64,000 bases of DNA, taken from contig CM059432.1 in the NCBI GenBank assembly GCA_030390025.1, positions 15,750,001 to 15,814,000 of the forward strand. Direction: 5' to 3'. The position numbers and the translations under genes are program-made. Below, in pieces: positions 1 to 13,457 of this stretch. The notes beneath the pieces are model-generated. The model searched no databases, was not told the origin of the DNA, and was given only the letters and a program-made list of their open reading frames with translations. Origin of the DNA: Squalus acanthias. Its lineage: Eukaryota. Position 1 is the stretch's first letter. Each line of letters starts with the position of its first letter.

Positions 1-1285
1 CACGGATTTGTTAAGGGAAGGTCGTGTCTGACAAACTTGATTGAATTTTTTGAGGAGGTAATAAGGAGGGTAGATGAGGGTAGTGCGTTTGATGTAGTAT
101 ATATGGACCTTAGCAAGGCTTTTGATAAGATCCACATGGCAGACTGGTCACAAAGTTAAAAGTCCATGGGATCCAGGGCAAAGTATCAAGTTGGATTCAA
201 AACTGGCTCAGAGGCAGGAAGCAGAGGGTAATGGTTGATGGGTGTTTTTGTGACTGGAAGGCTGTTTCCAGTGGGGTTCCGCAGGGCTCAGTACTAGGTC
301 CCTTGCTTTTTGTGGTACTGTATATATCAATGATCTGGACTTGAATATAGGGGGTATGATTAAGAAGTTTGCAGATGATACTAAAATCGGCTGTGTGGTT
401 GATACTGAAGAAGGAAGCTGTAGACTGCAGGAAGATATCAATAAATTGGTCAGGTGGGCAGAACAGTGGCAAATGGAATTCAATCCGGAGAAGTGTGAGG
501 TAATGCATTTGGGGAGGGCTAACAAGGAAAGGGAATACACATTAAATGATAGGACACTGAGTAGTGTAGAGGAACAAAGGGACCTTGGAGTGCATGCCCA
601 CAGATCCCTGAAGGTAGCAGGCCAGGTAGATAAGGTGGTTAAGAAGGCATACGGAATGCTTACCTTTATTAGCCGTGGCATAGAATACAAGAGCAGGGGG
701 GTTATGCTTGAACTGTATAAAACACTAGTTAGGCCTCAGCTAGAGTACTGCGTGCAGTTCTGGTCACCACATTACAGGAAAGATGTGATTGCACTAGAGA
801 GGGTACAGAGGAGATTTACAAGGATGTTGCCGGGAGTAGAGAATCTTAGCTATGAGGAAAGACTGGATAGGCTGGGTCTGTTTTCCTTGGAACAGAGGAG
901 GCTGAGGGGAGACCTTATTGAGGTGTATAAAATTATGAGGGGCATAGATAAAGTGGATAGAAAGGACCTATTTCCCTTAGCAGAGGGGTCAAAAACCAGG
1001 GGGCACAGATTTAAAGTAACTGGTGGAAGGTTTAGAGGGGATTTGAGGGGAAATTTCTTCACCCAGAGGGTTGTGGGGGTCTGGAACTCACTGCCTGAAA
1101 GGCTGGTAGAGGCAGGAACCCTAACCACATTTAAAAAGTACTTGGATGTGCACTTGGGATGCTCTAACCTGCAGGGCTACGGACCAAGAGCTGGGAAGTG
1201 GGATTAGGCTGGATAGCTCTTTGTTTACCGGCACGGACACGATGGGCTGAAATGGCCTCCTTCCGTGCTGTAACTTTCTATGATT
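1..1285 (+). mobile_element. CR1-type LINE, 3' portion (RT C-terminus and 3' UTR), runs off the window start
   Basis: ORF 341-1207 with [20 protein letters not shown] and FFTQRVV motifs; frameshifted upstream; ttctatgattct tail. Confidence 0.9.
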
Positions 1286-2401
1286 CTCCAATATGTCGGG
1301 CAGGAAGCGCACACTCGTCACGAGCCGGATGTGTGCCACCAGTCATATTGGTAAAGGCCAAATAATTGTCAGGCAGTGCCCATGCCTTTCCATATGCTAA
1401 TAAGGGAACTAATGCCTTTTTTAGGCCCCCCCACTGCAAGATTGGTTTACCTTGAGGCAGCCGGCACTGGCTGTACTGAGAAAAACCAGGTCTACAAGCG
1501 GCCTGACTGTACCCCTCCCGACCCCACATTCAAAGAACGTGGGCCGCTTTCAACAACTGCCCCCCACCTCCTCCGACCCCTCCGAGACCGTCACCACCGC
1601 TACCTCCTCCCGGGCGCCACTACCTCACGACCTGATTACCTCACCACCCCCCGCCTTATCGACCCGGTCACCCACCCCCACAACCCCCCCCATCCCCAAT
1701 GGCCCCCTATCCTTTGAATCACTTACCTGTGGGTCGCTGCTGACATCCCAGTAGCCCAATCTTCACCGGCGAGCTGCCCGTTACTGTCCGCAGTTCATTG
1801 GCTCAATGGTAGCAAGGCCTGAGGCCCAATATTGGGTGTGCCTCGTGCCTCACCATTCAGGCACAGAGATAGTTCTGCGTGGCCAGAAAGGTCGAACGGT
1901 TTTGAGAGGACAGGTAGTGAAGGGTTCTTTCCACTGGTTGGAAAACGGGTACAAGGGACATAAATTTAGGATCAGCACTACGCATAAAGAGAAAGATTAG
2001 AATACTTTTTTTTCCACAAGAATATGAATTGGATTACTGCTAGTGGCTGTTGAAGTTGAGTCAATCACAGCATTTAACAGGGATTTAGACAAACACTGGA
2101 AGAGGGGAAAATATTAAAGGGTCTGGGGAAAGAGTAGAAAAATTGGATCAGATTAGATGCCTTCAATACGGAGCTAGCACTGCAAAGACACAATGGGCCG
2201 ATTGACACGAGCTGAAATTTCTGAGTCGATGGGGGTAAAATTCAACTTCCGTGGGTCGTCCGTTATACACCCATTGATCTCGAAAGGAAAATCGGCCCGG
2301 ATCTATAACGGGTGGCCGATCCAATATCCAATATGGTTTGCACCACCACATTTCCAGTTTAACCTCGTGGTTACTGTCTGTAGTTAGTGTGCTGTCATAG
2401 T

Positions 2402-2852
2402 GTCAGCTGTGGCTCAGTGGGTAGCACTCTTACCTCTGAATCAGGAGGTTGTGTGTTCATAGTCCCACTCCAGGCACTTGAGCACCTAAATCTAGGCTGA
2501 CACTCCAGTGCAATACTGAGGGAGTGCTGCACAGTCAGAGGTGCAGTCTTTCGGATGAGATGTTAAACCGAGGCCCCTGTCTGCCCTCTCTGGATGTAAA
2601 AGATCCCATGGGAGCAGGGAGTTATCCCTGGTGACCTGGCCAATATTTATCCCTCAATCAGCATCACAAAAAAAACAGATTATCTGGTCAGTATCACATA
2701 GCTGTTTGTGGGAGCTTGCTGTGTGCAAATTGGCTGCTGCGTTTCTTACATTACAACGGTGACTACACTTCAAAAAGTACCTCATTGGCTGTAAAGCGCT
2801 TTGGGTTGTCCGGTGGTCGTGACAGGCGCTATAGAAATGCAAGTCTTTCTTT
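2402..2852 (+). mobile_element. tRNA-derived SINE (Deu-domain/SacSINE1-like) with L2-like tail
   Basis: A-box tggctcagtgg, degenerate B-box, core gtaaaagatcccatgg, tail gcgctatagaaatgcaagt; several similar copies in the window. Confidence 0.75.
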
Positions 2853-3339
2853 TATATGGAGTGGAATTTATTCACAATACCATATTGTTGCTCAGCAAAC
2901 GTGCATCATTTTCTTCGCTCAGGCTGTTTTCGTTAGAAGAGAGGGGATTACGGGGTGGTTTGATAGAGGTGCTTAAAATTGTTGAAGGGATGGGACTGAC
3001 TGAGCAGATAGAAACTGACTGTTTCCTGTGATTGAAGGGTCTAGTACAAGGAGACATAGATATAAGATTAAATGTAAGAGATTTAGGATCAAGAGCAGGA
3101 GAAACTTATTAACTTGTTAGAAACAAAGGGTTCTGAGGCCGTGGAATGCGATAGCGAAGTTAATGATTGAAGCCGAGACCATGTCTTGAGGCGTTTTGAT
3201 AGAGGAGAAACTGTTTCCACTGGCAGGAGGGTCAGTAACCAGAGGACACAGATTTAAGATAATTGGCAAAAAAGCTGGGGGGAGGGGGAAGTTTTTTTCT
3301 CTCAGCGATTTGTGATCTGCAATTTTGAGATGCCCCCCC

Positions 3340-5487
3340 CCCACCGCCCCCCAAGGATCTATCCTTGGCCCCCTCCTATTTCTCATCTACATGCTGCCCC
3401 TCGGCGACATCATCTGAAAACAGTGTCAGTTTCCACACGTACGCTGATAACACCCAGCTCTACCTCACCGCCACTTCTCTCAACCCCTCCACTCTCTCTA
3501 AATTGTCACACTGCTTGTCTGACATCCAATACTGGATGAGCAGAAATTTCTTCCAACTAAATGTTGGGAAGACTGAAGCCATTGTCTTCGACTGCCCCAC
3601 TGCAAATTCCGTTCCCTAGCCACTGACTCAAACTACCTCCCTGGCAACTGTCTGAAGCCGAACCAGATTGTTCGCAACCTTGGTGCCGTACTTGACCCTG
3701 AGATGTGCTTCCGGACCCATATCCTCGCCAACACTAAGACCGCCTATTTCCACCTCCGCAACATCGCCTTACTCCGCCCCTGCCTCAGCTCATCTGCTGC
3801 TGAAACCCTCATCCATGCCTTTGTTACCTCTAGACTTGACTATTCCAACGTACTCCTGGCTGGCCTCCCACATTCTACCCTATGTAAACTTGAGGTCATC
3901 CAAAACTTGGCTGCCCATGTCCTAACTCGCACCAAGTCCCATTCACCCATCACCCCTGGGCTCGCTGACCTACATTGGCTCCCGGTTAAGCAACGCCTCG
4001 ATTTTAAAATTCTCATCCTTATTTTCAAATCCCTCCAGGGCCTCGCCCCTCCCTATCTCTGTAATCTGCTCCAGCCCCACAACTCTCCGAGATATCTGCG
4101 CTCCTCTAATTTTGGCCTCTTGAACATTCCCGATTTTAATCGCTCCACCATTGGTGGATGTGGCGTCAGCTGCCAAGGCCCTAAGCTCTGGAATTCCCTC
4201 TCTAAACCTCTCCCCCTCTCTACCTCTCCTTCTTCCTTTAAGACGCTCCTTAAAACCTACCTCATAATAATAACATAAGAACATAAGAAATAGGAGCAGG
4301 AGTAGGCCATTCGGCTCTTTGAGCCTGCTGCGCCATTCAGTGAGATCATGGCTGATCTTCTGCCTCAACTCCATTCACTGGCCCTATCACCATATCCCTT
4401 GATGCCCTTACTAGTCAGAAATCTATCGACTTCTGTTTTGAACATACCCAATGACTGAGCCTCCACAGCCCTCTGGGGTAGAGAATTCCAAAGATTCACC
4501 ACCCTCTGTGTGAAGAAATGTCTTCTCATCTCTGTCCTGAATGGCCTACCTTTTATCCTGAGGCTGTGGCCCCTGGTTCTAGACTCCCCAACCAAGGGAA
4601 ACATTCTCCCAGCATCCACCCTATCAAGCCCTGTAATAATTTTGTATGCTTCAATGAGATCCCCTCTCATTCTTCTGAATTCAAGAGAATACAGGCCTAG
4701 TTTACTCAATCTCTTCTCATACGACAGTCCCGCCATCCCAGGAATCAATCTTGTGAACCTTCGTTGCACTCCCTCTATGGCAAGTCTATCCTTCCTTAGG
4801 TAAGGAGACCAAAATTGTACACAGTACTCCAGGTGTGGTCTCACCAAGGCCCTATATAATTGGAGTAAGACTTCTTTACTCCTGTACTCAAATCTTCTTG
4901 TAATGAAGGCCATTTGCCTTCCTAATGGCTTGCTGCACCTGCACATTCACTTTCAGTGACTCATGTATAAGGACACCCAGGTCCCTTTGAGCACCTGCAT
5001 TCCCCAATCTTTCACCATTTAGGAAATACTCTGCCTTTCTGTTTTTTCTACCAAAGTGGATAACTTCACATTTATCCACATTATATTCCATCTGCCATGT
5101 TCTCGCCCACTCACTGAGCCTGTCGAGATTCCCTTGAAGCCTCTTTACAACTGACACTGCCACTTAGCTTTGTATCATCAACAAATTTGGAAATATTACA
5201 TTTAGTCCCCTCATCCAAATCATTGATATACTGTAGATTGTGAATAGCTGGGGTCCAAACACCGATCCTTGCGGTACCCCACTAGTCACAGCCTGCCATC
5301 CTGAAAAAGACCCGTTTATCCCTACTCTTTGTTTTCTGTCTGTTAACCAATTCTCAATCCATGCTAATCATCTGCCCTAATATCTCCTTATGTGGCTCGG
5401 TGTCAGATTTTGTTTGCTAACACTCCTGTGAAGGAACTTGGGATGTTTTACTACGTTAAAGGTGCAATATAAATACAAGTTGTTGTT
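3340..5487 (+). mobile_element. L2-type LINE fragment interrupted by a CR1 insertion (4272-5370)
   Basis: YADNTQLY and AETLIHAFVTSRLDYSN...LHWLPVKQR motifs; L2 3' UTR resumes near 5370 and ends in a (gtt)n tail. Confidence 0.85.
4272..5370 (-). mobile_element. CR1-type LINE 3' fragment nested in L2
   Basis: Minus-strand ORFs 4365-4946 and 4888-5163; near-identical to ~29070-30160. Confidence 0.9.
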
Positions 5488-6021
5488 GGAATTCCTTGCC
5501 TGAAAGGGTGGTGGAAGCAGATTCAATGGTGACTTTCAAAAGGGATGTGGACATGGTCACCATTCTGCTACATAACATCATTTGAAAATTTCTTTGAAAA
5601 TTAATTGGGTAGCGCACTCAAAAATCAAATCTGAAGTGAGCAGTGCTCTGGCAGACAATTTCCATACAGCAGGTTTTTACATAGTGGAAGAAAAAATTGT
5701 GGGGTGTGGGGGGACGTAGTTACTTAATGAATGATAGTGAATTAGCTAAGGGAGAGGCAGATAGACATCTGGGAATGGTCTTAGACTCAAGTTGTTATGA
5801 TCTGGAACGCACTGCCTGAAAGGGTAGCAGAAGCAGATTCATCAGTAACTTTCAAAAGGGAATTGGAGAAATACTTGACGGGGAAACATTTGCAGGGCTA
5901 TTGGGGAAAGAGCAGGGGGAGTGGGACTAATTGGAGAGCTCTTTCAAAGAGCCAGCACAGACGTGATGGGCTGAATGGCCTCCTCCTGTGCTGTATCATT
6001 GTATGTCAGCATTGAAGAACA

Positions 6022-6745
6022 TGCTGCTCACAATGTGTTCTCCTCTACATTGGGGAGACCAAACGCAGATTGCGTGACCGCTTTGCGGAACACCTCCGTT
6101 CAGTCCGTAAGGGTGACCCCGAGCTTCCGGTCGCTTGTCATTTTAATTCACCGCTTCACGCCCACTCAGACCTCACCGTCCTCGGCCTGTTGCATTGTTC
6201 CACGGAAGCTCAGCGTAAGCTCGAGGAACAGCACCTCATCTTCCGATTAGGCACTTTACTGTCTTCCGGACTCGATATCGAGTTCAACAATTTCAGATCA
6301 TAACCTCGGCCCCTACCACATATATATATATATATAATACACACACATTTTATCCACCCTTTTGGTTTGTGCCTTTTCCCTTTTTTTCCCTCTCTCCCCC
6401 CACGGCAGCTGTCTCTCATTCTGCCAGCATTTCACACTTCACACTTCTGAGCCATCTTTTGTTTCTTAACCTGTCCTATTACCATCTCGTCTTGCCTTGA
6501 GCATCTCTTAATGTCTCTACTTACCATAGACCACCCCTTTTGTTCTTTTATTCCTCCCCCCAGCCTCCCACTTGCTTTTTTATCTGTTTCATTTCCTGCT
6601 TTTTTCTCTCAGTTCTGATGAAGGGTCTCCGACCTGAAACGTTAACTCTGTTTCTCTCTCCACGGATGTTGCCTGGCCTGCTGAGTTTTTCCAGCGTTTT
6701 CTGTTGTTGTTTCAATTTTCCAGCATCCGCAGTATTTTGCTATCA
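6022..6745 (+). mobile_element. Penelope-like element 3' fragment (GIY-YIG endonuclease C-terminus, 3' UTR, hammerhead motif)
   Basis: Frame from 6025 reads CSQCVLLYIGETKRRLRDRFAEH...VACHFN...H...LGTL..GLDIEFNNFRS*, a CxxC-YIGET/HFN pattern typical of PLE GIY-YIG. Confidence 0.85.
6611..6647 (+). ncRNA. Minimal hammerhead ribozyme motif, family A
   Basis: agtt-CTGATGA-agggtc.tcc.gacct-GAA-ACGT-T-aact: complete core, stem I agtt/aact, palindromic stem III. Confidence 0.8.
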
Positions 6746-7342
6746 TGTTAGATAGGAGGTTGAAGGAGTAATGGGGTATTGGAATAAGGCATGCACATGG
6801 ATTAGGACTATTGCTCTAGTGGGTGGGGGGGATAAATATCAACATGGACTAGTTGGGCCAAAATACCTGCTTCTGTGTTGTACTTTCTAGGTAGTTCTAT
6901 GTGTTGTAAAGGTTCAGTTTGTTGTTAACTTAATTCTGACTAAAGTAACAACACCCCTTCCCCCCCTCCCCGCAAATAAAAGCTACAGTTTTTCTTTATT
7001 TAGAAGTAAAAATAAATGTAATGTGTAATTTGATGTTTGAATATAAAGTGATACCAGTTTAATTATTATCTTCTACATGTAGTACGTGTGAGCCATAAAA
7101 GAATTAAACTTCAGAAGAAGGCATTCAATTGTGTGACCAAAATGTAGTCCTAAGATATGGAAATATTATGTTTTGTGTGTTTGTCAAACATCTGTTGTGC
7201 TGTACAGTCACAGTTATTTTTCGCGTTTGGATCAGTGATGTTTTTTGGTAGCTATCTTTACATACTGAGATTACCATAGGTTTGATTTAAGCATGAAATG
7301 AAGACGCTTATCTCAATTTCCACTCTTTTTTTGCCTAACCAG

Positions 7343-7521
7343 AGTGCAATTGCCATGGCAAAACAGGGGATTGTTACTATGACCAAAGTGTGGCTGATCG
7401 CAACCGGAGTTTGAACACCCTCGGCCAGTACATCGGTGGAGGTGTATGTGTTAATTGTACCAACAACACTGCAGGTATCAACTGTGAGACCTGTATTGAT
7501 GGCTTCTACCGACCGTACAAG
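7343..7521 (+). CDS. LAMA1: Laminin alpha-1 exon (~exon 8), LE repeat
   Basis: ccAG|...|GTaact, 179 nt; (E)CNCHGKTGDCYYDQSVADRNRSLNTLGQYIGGGVCVNCTNNTAGINCETCIDGFYRPYK resembles LAMA1 as recalled. Confidence 0.93.
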
Positions 7522-7648
7522 GTAACTGCCGCATGAAGCAGAATCCTTTCATCTCAGAGTCACTGAGCCAACTATCTCTACTTTCAGTTTCAGTCTTGGA
7601 GCACTGTGTTTTTGATATCGAAGTTACGCATTTCAAACCACAAACTAT

Positions 7649-9230
7649 GGCCCAAAATTTGCGGTCGGAGGTTTCCCGTGGGCGGATGCCTCCGACCTGT
7701 AAAAAAAAATTTACGAATTTACCTGGAGGTCCGGGAGGTACGGAGATTCGCGCTCCTGGGCCTCTCCGAGTCCGCGCGGGCAGAGGCCCACGTATCCCAG
7801 GGGCGCAGGCGGTTCGCAGGCGCCCCTGGGATCACGTGGGCCATGGGGAACCAATGGAAGAAGGGAATCCCCATTCATACTTATGGGAGTTGCGTACGTA
7901 CGGAACTGTCATAAGTATGAATGGGGATCACTTAAAAAATACACAAACACATGAAATACATTTTTTTTAAATTACATATTTAAAATTAATTAAAATGCCA
8001 TTTAATTAAATATTTTAAACAAAAATTTTATTAAAAAAATGTATGGGGGAAAAATTCAGTTGATTGCGCCTCCCGTTAGCGCCTTAAGAGGGCGCTAATG
8101 GGGCGCAAAGCATCTAGCGCCCAGGTGCGGCGAAGTTTGCGCCGCTCGCGAAATTAACTAGACATTTTGCTGCAGCGCTAAACACTACCGCCACGATCTC
8201 CTGCGCCGGCAGATCGTGACGTCAGTCGAGTGCGCAACGCCCCGGTATCGCCCCGGAGCGGATATTGAGTGGCGCCCCCTGCCTTACCGCCTGACGCTAG
8301 CAACGACAGGTTGAGGGGAGCGTTCTGCAGTCATGAAGGGAAAGGGGGAGCGCTATTTAAAGGTGACCGCTTCCTGCCTTTTATTGTTGGTGCCATTTTT
8401 GAACTACGCATTCTGAGAGAGAGAGGGAGAGACTTCTGGAGAGATTCAAAGTTGTGTGAAGGAGTTTTGGGTACTGAGCAGCACTTTGCAGGTTCATTTT
8501 GATTTGCCATTCCTTGTATCGATTTAGAAGAGACTGTGGGGGCTGCACTCTGAGCTCTTTGCCTGGTACTCTCCATTGTTCTTTCCAGCAGATTTGACGT
8601 GCAGGTCTCTCCAGGCCGAGATTCAAGGCTGCAATGAGCAGGATGTGGATGGAAAGCAAGATTAACCATCCCCTTTAAGAACTGGCCCGTGCCATTGTGT
8701 GTGTGTTCCATTGCTGACTGACATTACATGAGCTTCGCCAGCGCTCTGAGGTAGCGCCTCACTCCTCGGCCTTTGCGCCTTAAGACAGGTGTGAAGCGCC
8801 TGATTTAGCGCTCCAATCACCTCCAGGGGCGATAAAAGTCAAGTTTGCAGTCGGTGGTGATAATTAGCGCCAGGCGCTAATCTTTGCGCCCGGCTGATAA
8901 TTGCGCCCCAAATGGGGCGATACTGAATTTCTCCCCCTATATGTTGTAACGGGGCTAAAAATAAACTTTGCTTATTGGACAGGGTTTTTAATGTATAAAT
9001 GAGTGCTAAAATTATATTTTTCTATTTTTTAAAACTCTTATGCCTACTTTTACCAGGCATAAGAATTTCACAGGCATTCAGTGGGCGGAAGTCGGGCAAA
9101 TAGCGTAACTCTCCACCCGCAGAGGCCCATCTCCCGGGGATGCGGAGGATGCTCAAACCCGGAATTTGCGCGGCCCCTACGGGCGCGTACACACCTCGTA
9201 CGCACTCATATGGGTCGCAAAATACGGCCC
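7649..9230. mobile_element. Non-autonomous TIR element (MITE family 1) with a nested MITE
   Basis: Homologous along its length to 30339-31054; ends ggcccaaaatttgcg / cgcaaaatacggccc. Confidence 0.7.
8045..8937. mobile_element. MITE family 2 (PIF/Harbinger-like), 3-bp TAT TSD
   Basis: TIR gggggaaaaattcagt / actgaatttctccccc, tat on both sides; second copy at 43223-44098. Confidence 0.8.
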
Positions 9231-9385
9231 AATGACCTTATTAAAATATGTTTTCTTAATATTTTTAAATGTATTGGTAGATTTCTTTTAAATCAGGATA
9301 GATTTCAAGTTATTAATTAAATGATGAAAAACTGAAACAAGTAGAAGTTTGGTTTGGTTTGCTTATAATGTTGATATATTTGTAG

Positions 9386-9491
9386 GTCTCTCCTTTTGAC
9401 CGTGATCCTTGCTTGCCATGTGGTTGTGACCCAGCAGGATCTATAAATGCTACTTGTGTGAAGGATGACAATCATGCAGCCACAGAACGTG
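9386..9491 (+). CDS. LAMA1: Laminin alpha-1 exon (~exon 9)
   Basis: tgtAG|...|GTaagt, 106 nt; VSPFDRDPCLPCGCDPAGSINATCVKDDNHAATER; in frame with the previous exon. Confidence 0.92.
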
Positions 9492-9544
9492 GTAAGTTGA
9501 TATAAAAATGTGGTTTCTTAACCCTATTTACATAAATCTATTCT

Positions 9545-10035
9545 AGAGAGGGCACAGAGGAGATTTACGAGGATGTTGCCAGGACTGGAGAATTTTAGCT
9601 ATGAGGAAAGATTGAATTGGCTGGGGTTGTTTTCTTTGGAACAGAGGAGGCTGAGGGGAGACTTGATTGAGGTGTATAAAATTATGAGGGGCCTCAATAG
9701 AGTGGATAGGAAGGATCTATTTCCCTTAGCAGAGAGGTCAATAACCAGGAGGCATAGATTTAAAGTAATTGGTAGAAGGATTAGAGGGGAGTTGAGGAGA
9801 ACTTTTTTCACCCAGAGGGTGGTGGGGGTCTGGAACTCACTGCCTGAAAGGGTGGTAGAGGCAGAAACCCTCATCACGTTTAAAAAGTACTTGGATATGC
9901 ACTTGAAGTGCTGCAACCTACAGGGCTACGGACCAAGTGCTGGAAAGTGGGATTATGCTGGATAGCTCTTTTTCAGCCGGCATGGACACAATGGGCCGAA
10001 TGGCCTCATTCTGTGCTGTAAGTTTCTATGATTCA
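9545..10035 (+). mobile_element. CR1-type LINE 3' fragment
   Basis: ORF 9573-9965, same subfamily as 1-1285. Confidence 0.88.
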
Positions 10036-10402
10036 TCAATAGACCTTTATGTATTGAGAGACTTAGAAGAAGGGCCAATGCTATAGTGCACGGCAAAGTC
10101 TTAGGAATATAGGAAAGTACAGGACTGTAACAGACTCTGCAATCTTATTTGGCTAGTCCCAAAATCTAATACCTTTCAATGACCCAATCTCTCAAGTATA
10201 TCCAATCCTCCTGTACTTTATTCCGCACTATCTGCCTTTGCTGCCTCCCGAGGCAGTCCATTCCACACTTTCAGTATCCACTGCGTAAATTGGTTACATC
10301 TAGAAGAGATCTGTGTAAGTTTTTTTGTTACATTATACAGCGTTATTCAAATAATTTTGTACGTAAATCTCCATTGATTGATGTCTAATTATTTTGCACT
10401 AG

Positions 10403-10563
10403 GTCTTTTCCCTGGTCAGTGCCACTGCCGAGACGGTTACGCTGGGAAGATGTGCAACCATTGCGCTTTGGGCTTTAAAGGCTTCCCCAATTGTATGCGC
10501 TGCAACTGTAGTATAGTCGGCAGCATCAATGATGACCCCTGTGCCGAGCCATGCCAATGCAAG
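10403..10563 (+). CDS. LAMA1: Laminin alpha-1 exon (~exon 10)
   Basis: ctAG|...|GTttgt, 161 nt; GLFPGQCHCRDGYAGKMCNHCALGFKGFPNCMRCNCSIVGSINDDPCAEPCQCK. Confidence 0.92.
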
Positions 10564-10789
10564 GTTTGTAGACGCCATGTGACAATGTATCTCTTCTTTA
10601 CATTTTCTTCAAGAGAAAACAGTACATGCATATATTTTGTACAGGGTAGATGCTGAGTGGCTGTTTCCCCTGGTTGGAGAGTCTAGAACTAGGAGGCAAA
10701 GGGCTGGATTTTACCAGCCCTGAGGAGGCGGGTTTGGAGGCAGAACTGCTGGGAAAATGGGAAAAATTGGGAGCGGGTCTTTTGAACTC

Positions 10790-11235
10790 TTGGTTCCCAG
10801 TGGAACCACTCAAACCAGAGAATTGCAGGATTCAATTACTGCAGTCCTCCGGAAAGGCCAGCGAATCGTGGAAAACGAATATCTCCCCATCCACCAGGAT
10901 CTCAACAACATCCCTCACCATTGCTTGAAGTCGCCTAAGCCCTTTTGGACCCACGTGCTTAACTTTCGGCAATGCGACTTCAACCCCGATGAAGCTTGGA
11001 AAGCCAAATGGAGTTCACAACAAACACCTTGTGAAAAACCTCATGCAGAAGATACCTGGCTTCCATCTTACGCAACCCTAAACCGCACCCACACAAAACC
11101 ATGGCAGATGCAGATACTTGATGCACAAATGGAAAATTCAAACTCTCCAGTGTGTGACTGTGGTCACCCAGAACAGACCGTGGAACGTATAACGACTCAA
11201 TGCCCGATTCACAAATACAAAGGAGGCATCACCAC
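10790..11235 (+). mobile_element. Degenerate non-LTR retrotransposon C-terminus (Ingi/Vingi-like zinc knuckle)
   Basis: LPIHQDL...LKSPKPFW...ATLNR...SPVCDCGHPEQTV...QCP; clade assignment from memory. Confidence 0.45.
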
Positions 11236-11244
11236 CAACAACAA

Positions 11245-11560
11245 CAATAACTTGTATTTATATAACGCCTTTAACGTAGTAAAACGTCCCAAGGCTGCTT
11301 CACAGGAGTATTAAAAGACAAAAAAATTTGACACCGATCCACATAAGGATAAATTAGGGCAGGTGACCAAAAGCTTGGTCAAAGAGGTAGATTTTAAGGA
11401 GCGTCTTAAAGGAGGAAAGAGAGGTAGAGAGGCGGAGAGGTTTAGACAGGGAATTCCAGAGCTTTGGGTCGAGGCAACAGAAGGCACGGCCACCAAAAGT
11501 TGAGCGATTATAATCAGGGATGCTCAAGAGGGCAGAATTAGAGGAGCGCAGATATCTCGG
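11245..11560 (-). mobile_element. L2-type LINE 3' end
   Basis: GRAF...PKLWNSL...SFKTLLKIYLFDQAF plus tail. Confidence 0.8.
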
Positions 11561-12650
11561 GAGGGGGGGTGGGGGGGGGGTGGGGTTGTGAGGCTGGAGG
11601 AGATTACAGAGATAGGGAGGGTCACAGCGATACACTCCGCTACTCCTGATGCAATTATCTGGCTTAACCACCTAAATGTAAATTTATAGTTGTTGCTCTA
11701 CATCAGCCGTACGAAATAATAATAATAACCACACTCTAGTGAAGTTTTGGAGGACTCAAAGGGACTTAGGACAGGTCTCACCTGAGGCCTTTCAAGGGTG
11801 TGAAGGCAGGAATTTCCCAGGGTCCAGGAACTTGCGTGACATGCCCTTTGGCATCGGGGAACGGGTGGAAGATCCATCCATGGCACGCCTCCTCTCCCCT
11901 CCCCACCCCCTTCCCGGACAGAATTCCAAGGTCAGGTCGAAAAGTGGGGGATTCCTGGTAGAATCTGGGTGGGGGGAAACAATATTTTGGCCTCTCCCCC
12001 ACCAGTGTAACTATTACTTATTCCCTCTCCAGCCCCAGGAATTTTAGGACTGTAGTTTAAAGAAAATAATTTGGAAATGCTCAGCTGTCCCAATACCAGC
12101 TACACAACGTGTGGACATCTCGGAGGGAGAAGAAAGGATTAAAATATCCACATTTCAAAGGTTGACTTCAGCTAATGCCATGAGAGTATATTTTAATTTT
12201 AAACATGTTTCTAGAATGTCACTCTTCTATGAGTAATGTGCAATAAATCAGAAAATGCTAGAGATGCCCACAGGCCAATCAGCACTCTTCCAACACAGTT
12301 TAATTATGTTTTAACATCTCTTAAAGTTCAGAGAATGAGGGGATTTAATTGGGGCATACAACAGGCGCAAAGCATACCAGCTTAGCAGTGGGACGGCCTG
12401 CAGCCAATCTGCACAGGCGTTGGTCCCACTTCTAAATCCGTGGAGCTCACTTTATAGACGTCACGGATGAACCAGTTTAAGGACCCATTTTCAAAATGAG
12501 TTCCCAATGAGCGGGGCAGGCATCGCTCAGGATTCGCAGCAGCAGCACCCCCGCAATCGCCATCCAAAAGTTAGCATTAACATTATTTTTTTCTAAAACC
12601 CTTCCTGTCGAGCCAGCAGTCCGCCCGAAACCCCTCCTGTAACCTACCGG

Positions 12651-13457
12651 GTCAGCCTTGGCTCAGTGATAGCAGTCTTGCCTCTGAGTCAGGAGGTTGT
12701 GGGTTCAAGCCCCACTTGCATAGGAACATAAGAATTTGGGGCCGGAGTAGGCCACACGGCAACCTCGAGCCGGCTTCGCCATTCAATGAGGTCATGGCTG
12801 ATCATTGACCTCAACTCCACTTTCCCGCACGACCTCCATATCCCTTGATTCCAAAAATCTATCGATCTCAGCCTTGAATATACCCAACGTTCCAGCATCC
12901 ACAGCCCTCTGGGGCAGAGAATTCCAAAGATTCACAACCCTCTGAGTGAAGAAATTTCTCCTCATCTCAGTCATAAATGGCCGACCCCTTATCCTGAGAC
13001 TGTGCTCCCCAGTTCTAGATTCTCCAGCCAGGGGAAACAACCTCTCAGCATCTACACTGTCAATCCCCTTCAGAATCCAGTTTAACAACGTAAGCACACA
13101 ATCTAGGCTGACACAATAGTACAGTACTGAGAGAGTGCTGCACTGTCACAAGCGCCATCATTTGGATGAGACGTTAAACCGGGTCTGCCCTTGCATGTGG
13201 GCGTAAAAGATCCCATGGCACTATCTTGAAGAAGAGCAGGGGAATTATCCCCTGTGTCCTGCCCAATATTTATCCCTCCGCCAACACCTAAAAACAGATT
13301 ATCTGGTCATTATCTTATTGTTGTTTGTGGGAGCTTGCTGTGCGCAAATTGGCTGCTGCGCTTCCTACATTACAACAGTGGCTATACTTCAAAAGTAATT
13401 CATTGGCTGTCGAGTGCTTTGGGCAGTCCTGAGGTCATGAAAGGATCTTTCTTTACC
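12651..13457 (+). mobile_element. tRNA/Deu-like SINE interrupted by a minus-strand CR1 3' fragment (~12720-13080)
   Basis: SINE head tggctcagtg...gggttcaagccc; body resumes at atctaggctgaca near 13101. Confidence 0.75.

Noticed and set aside
8331..8711. Minus-strand ORF also present at 43521-43871
   Set aside because: The similarity is explained by two copies of the same MITE; there is no recognisable domain and the frames diverge near the end
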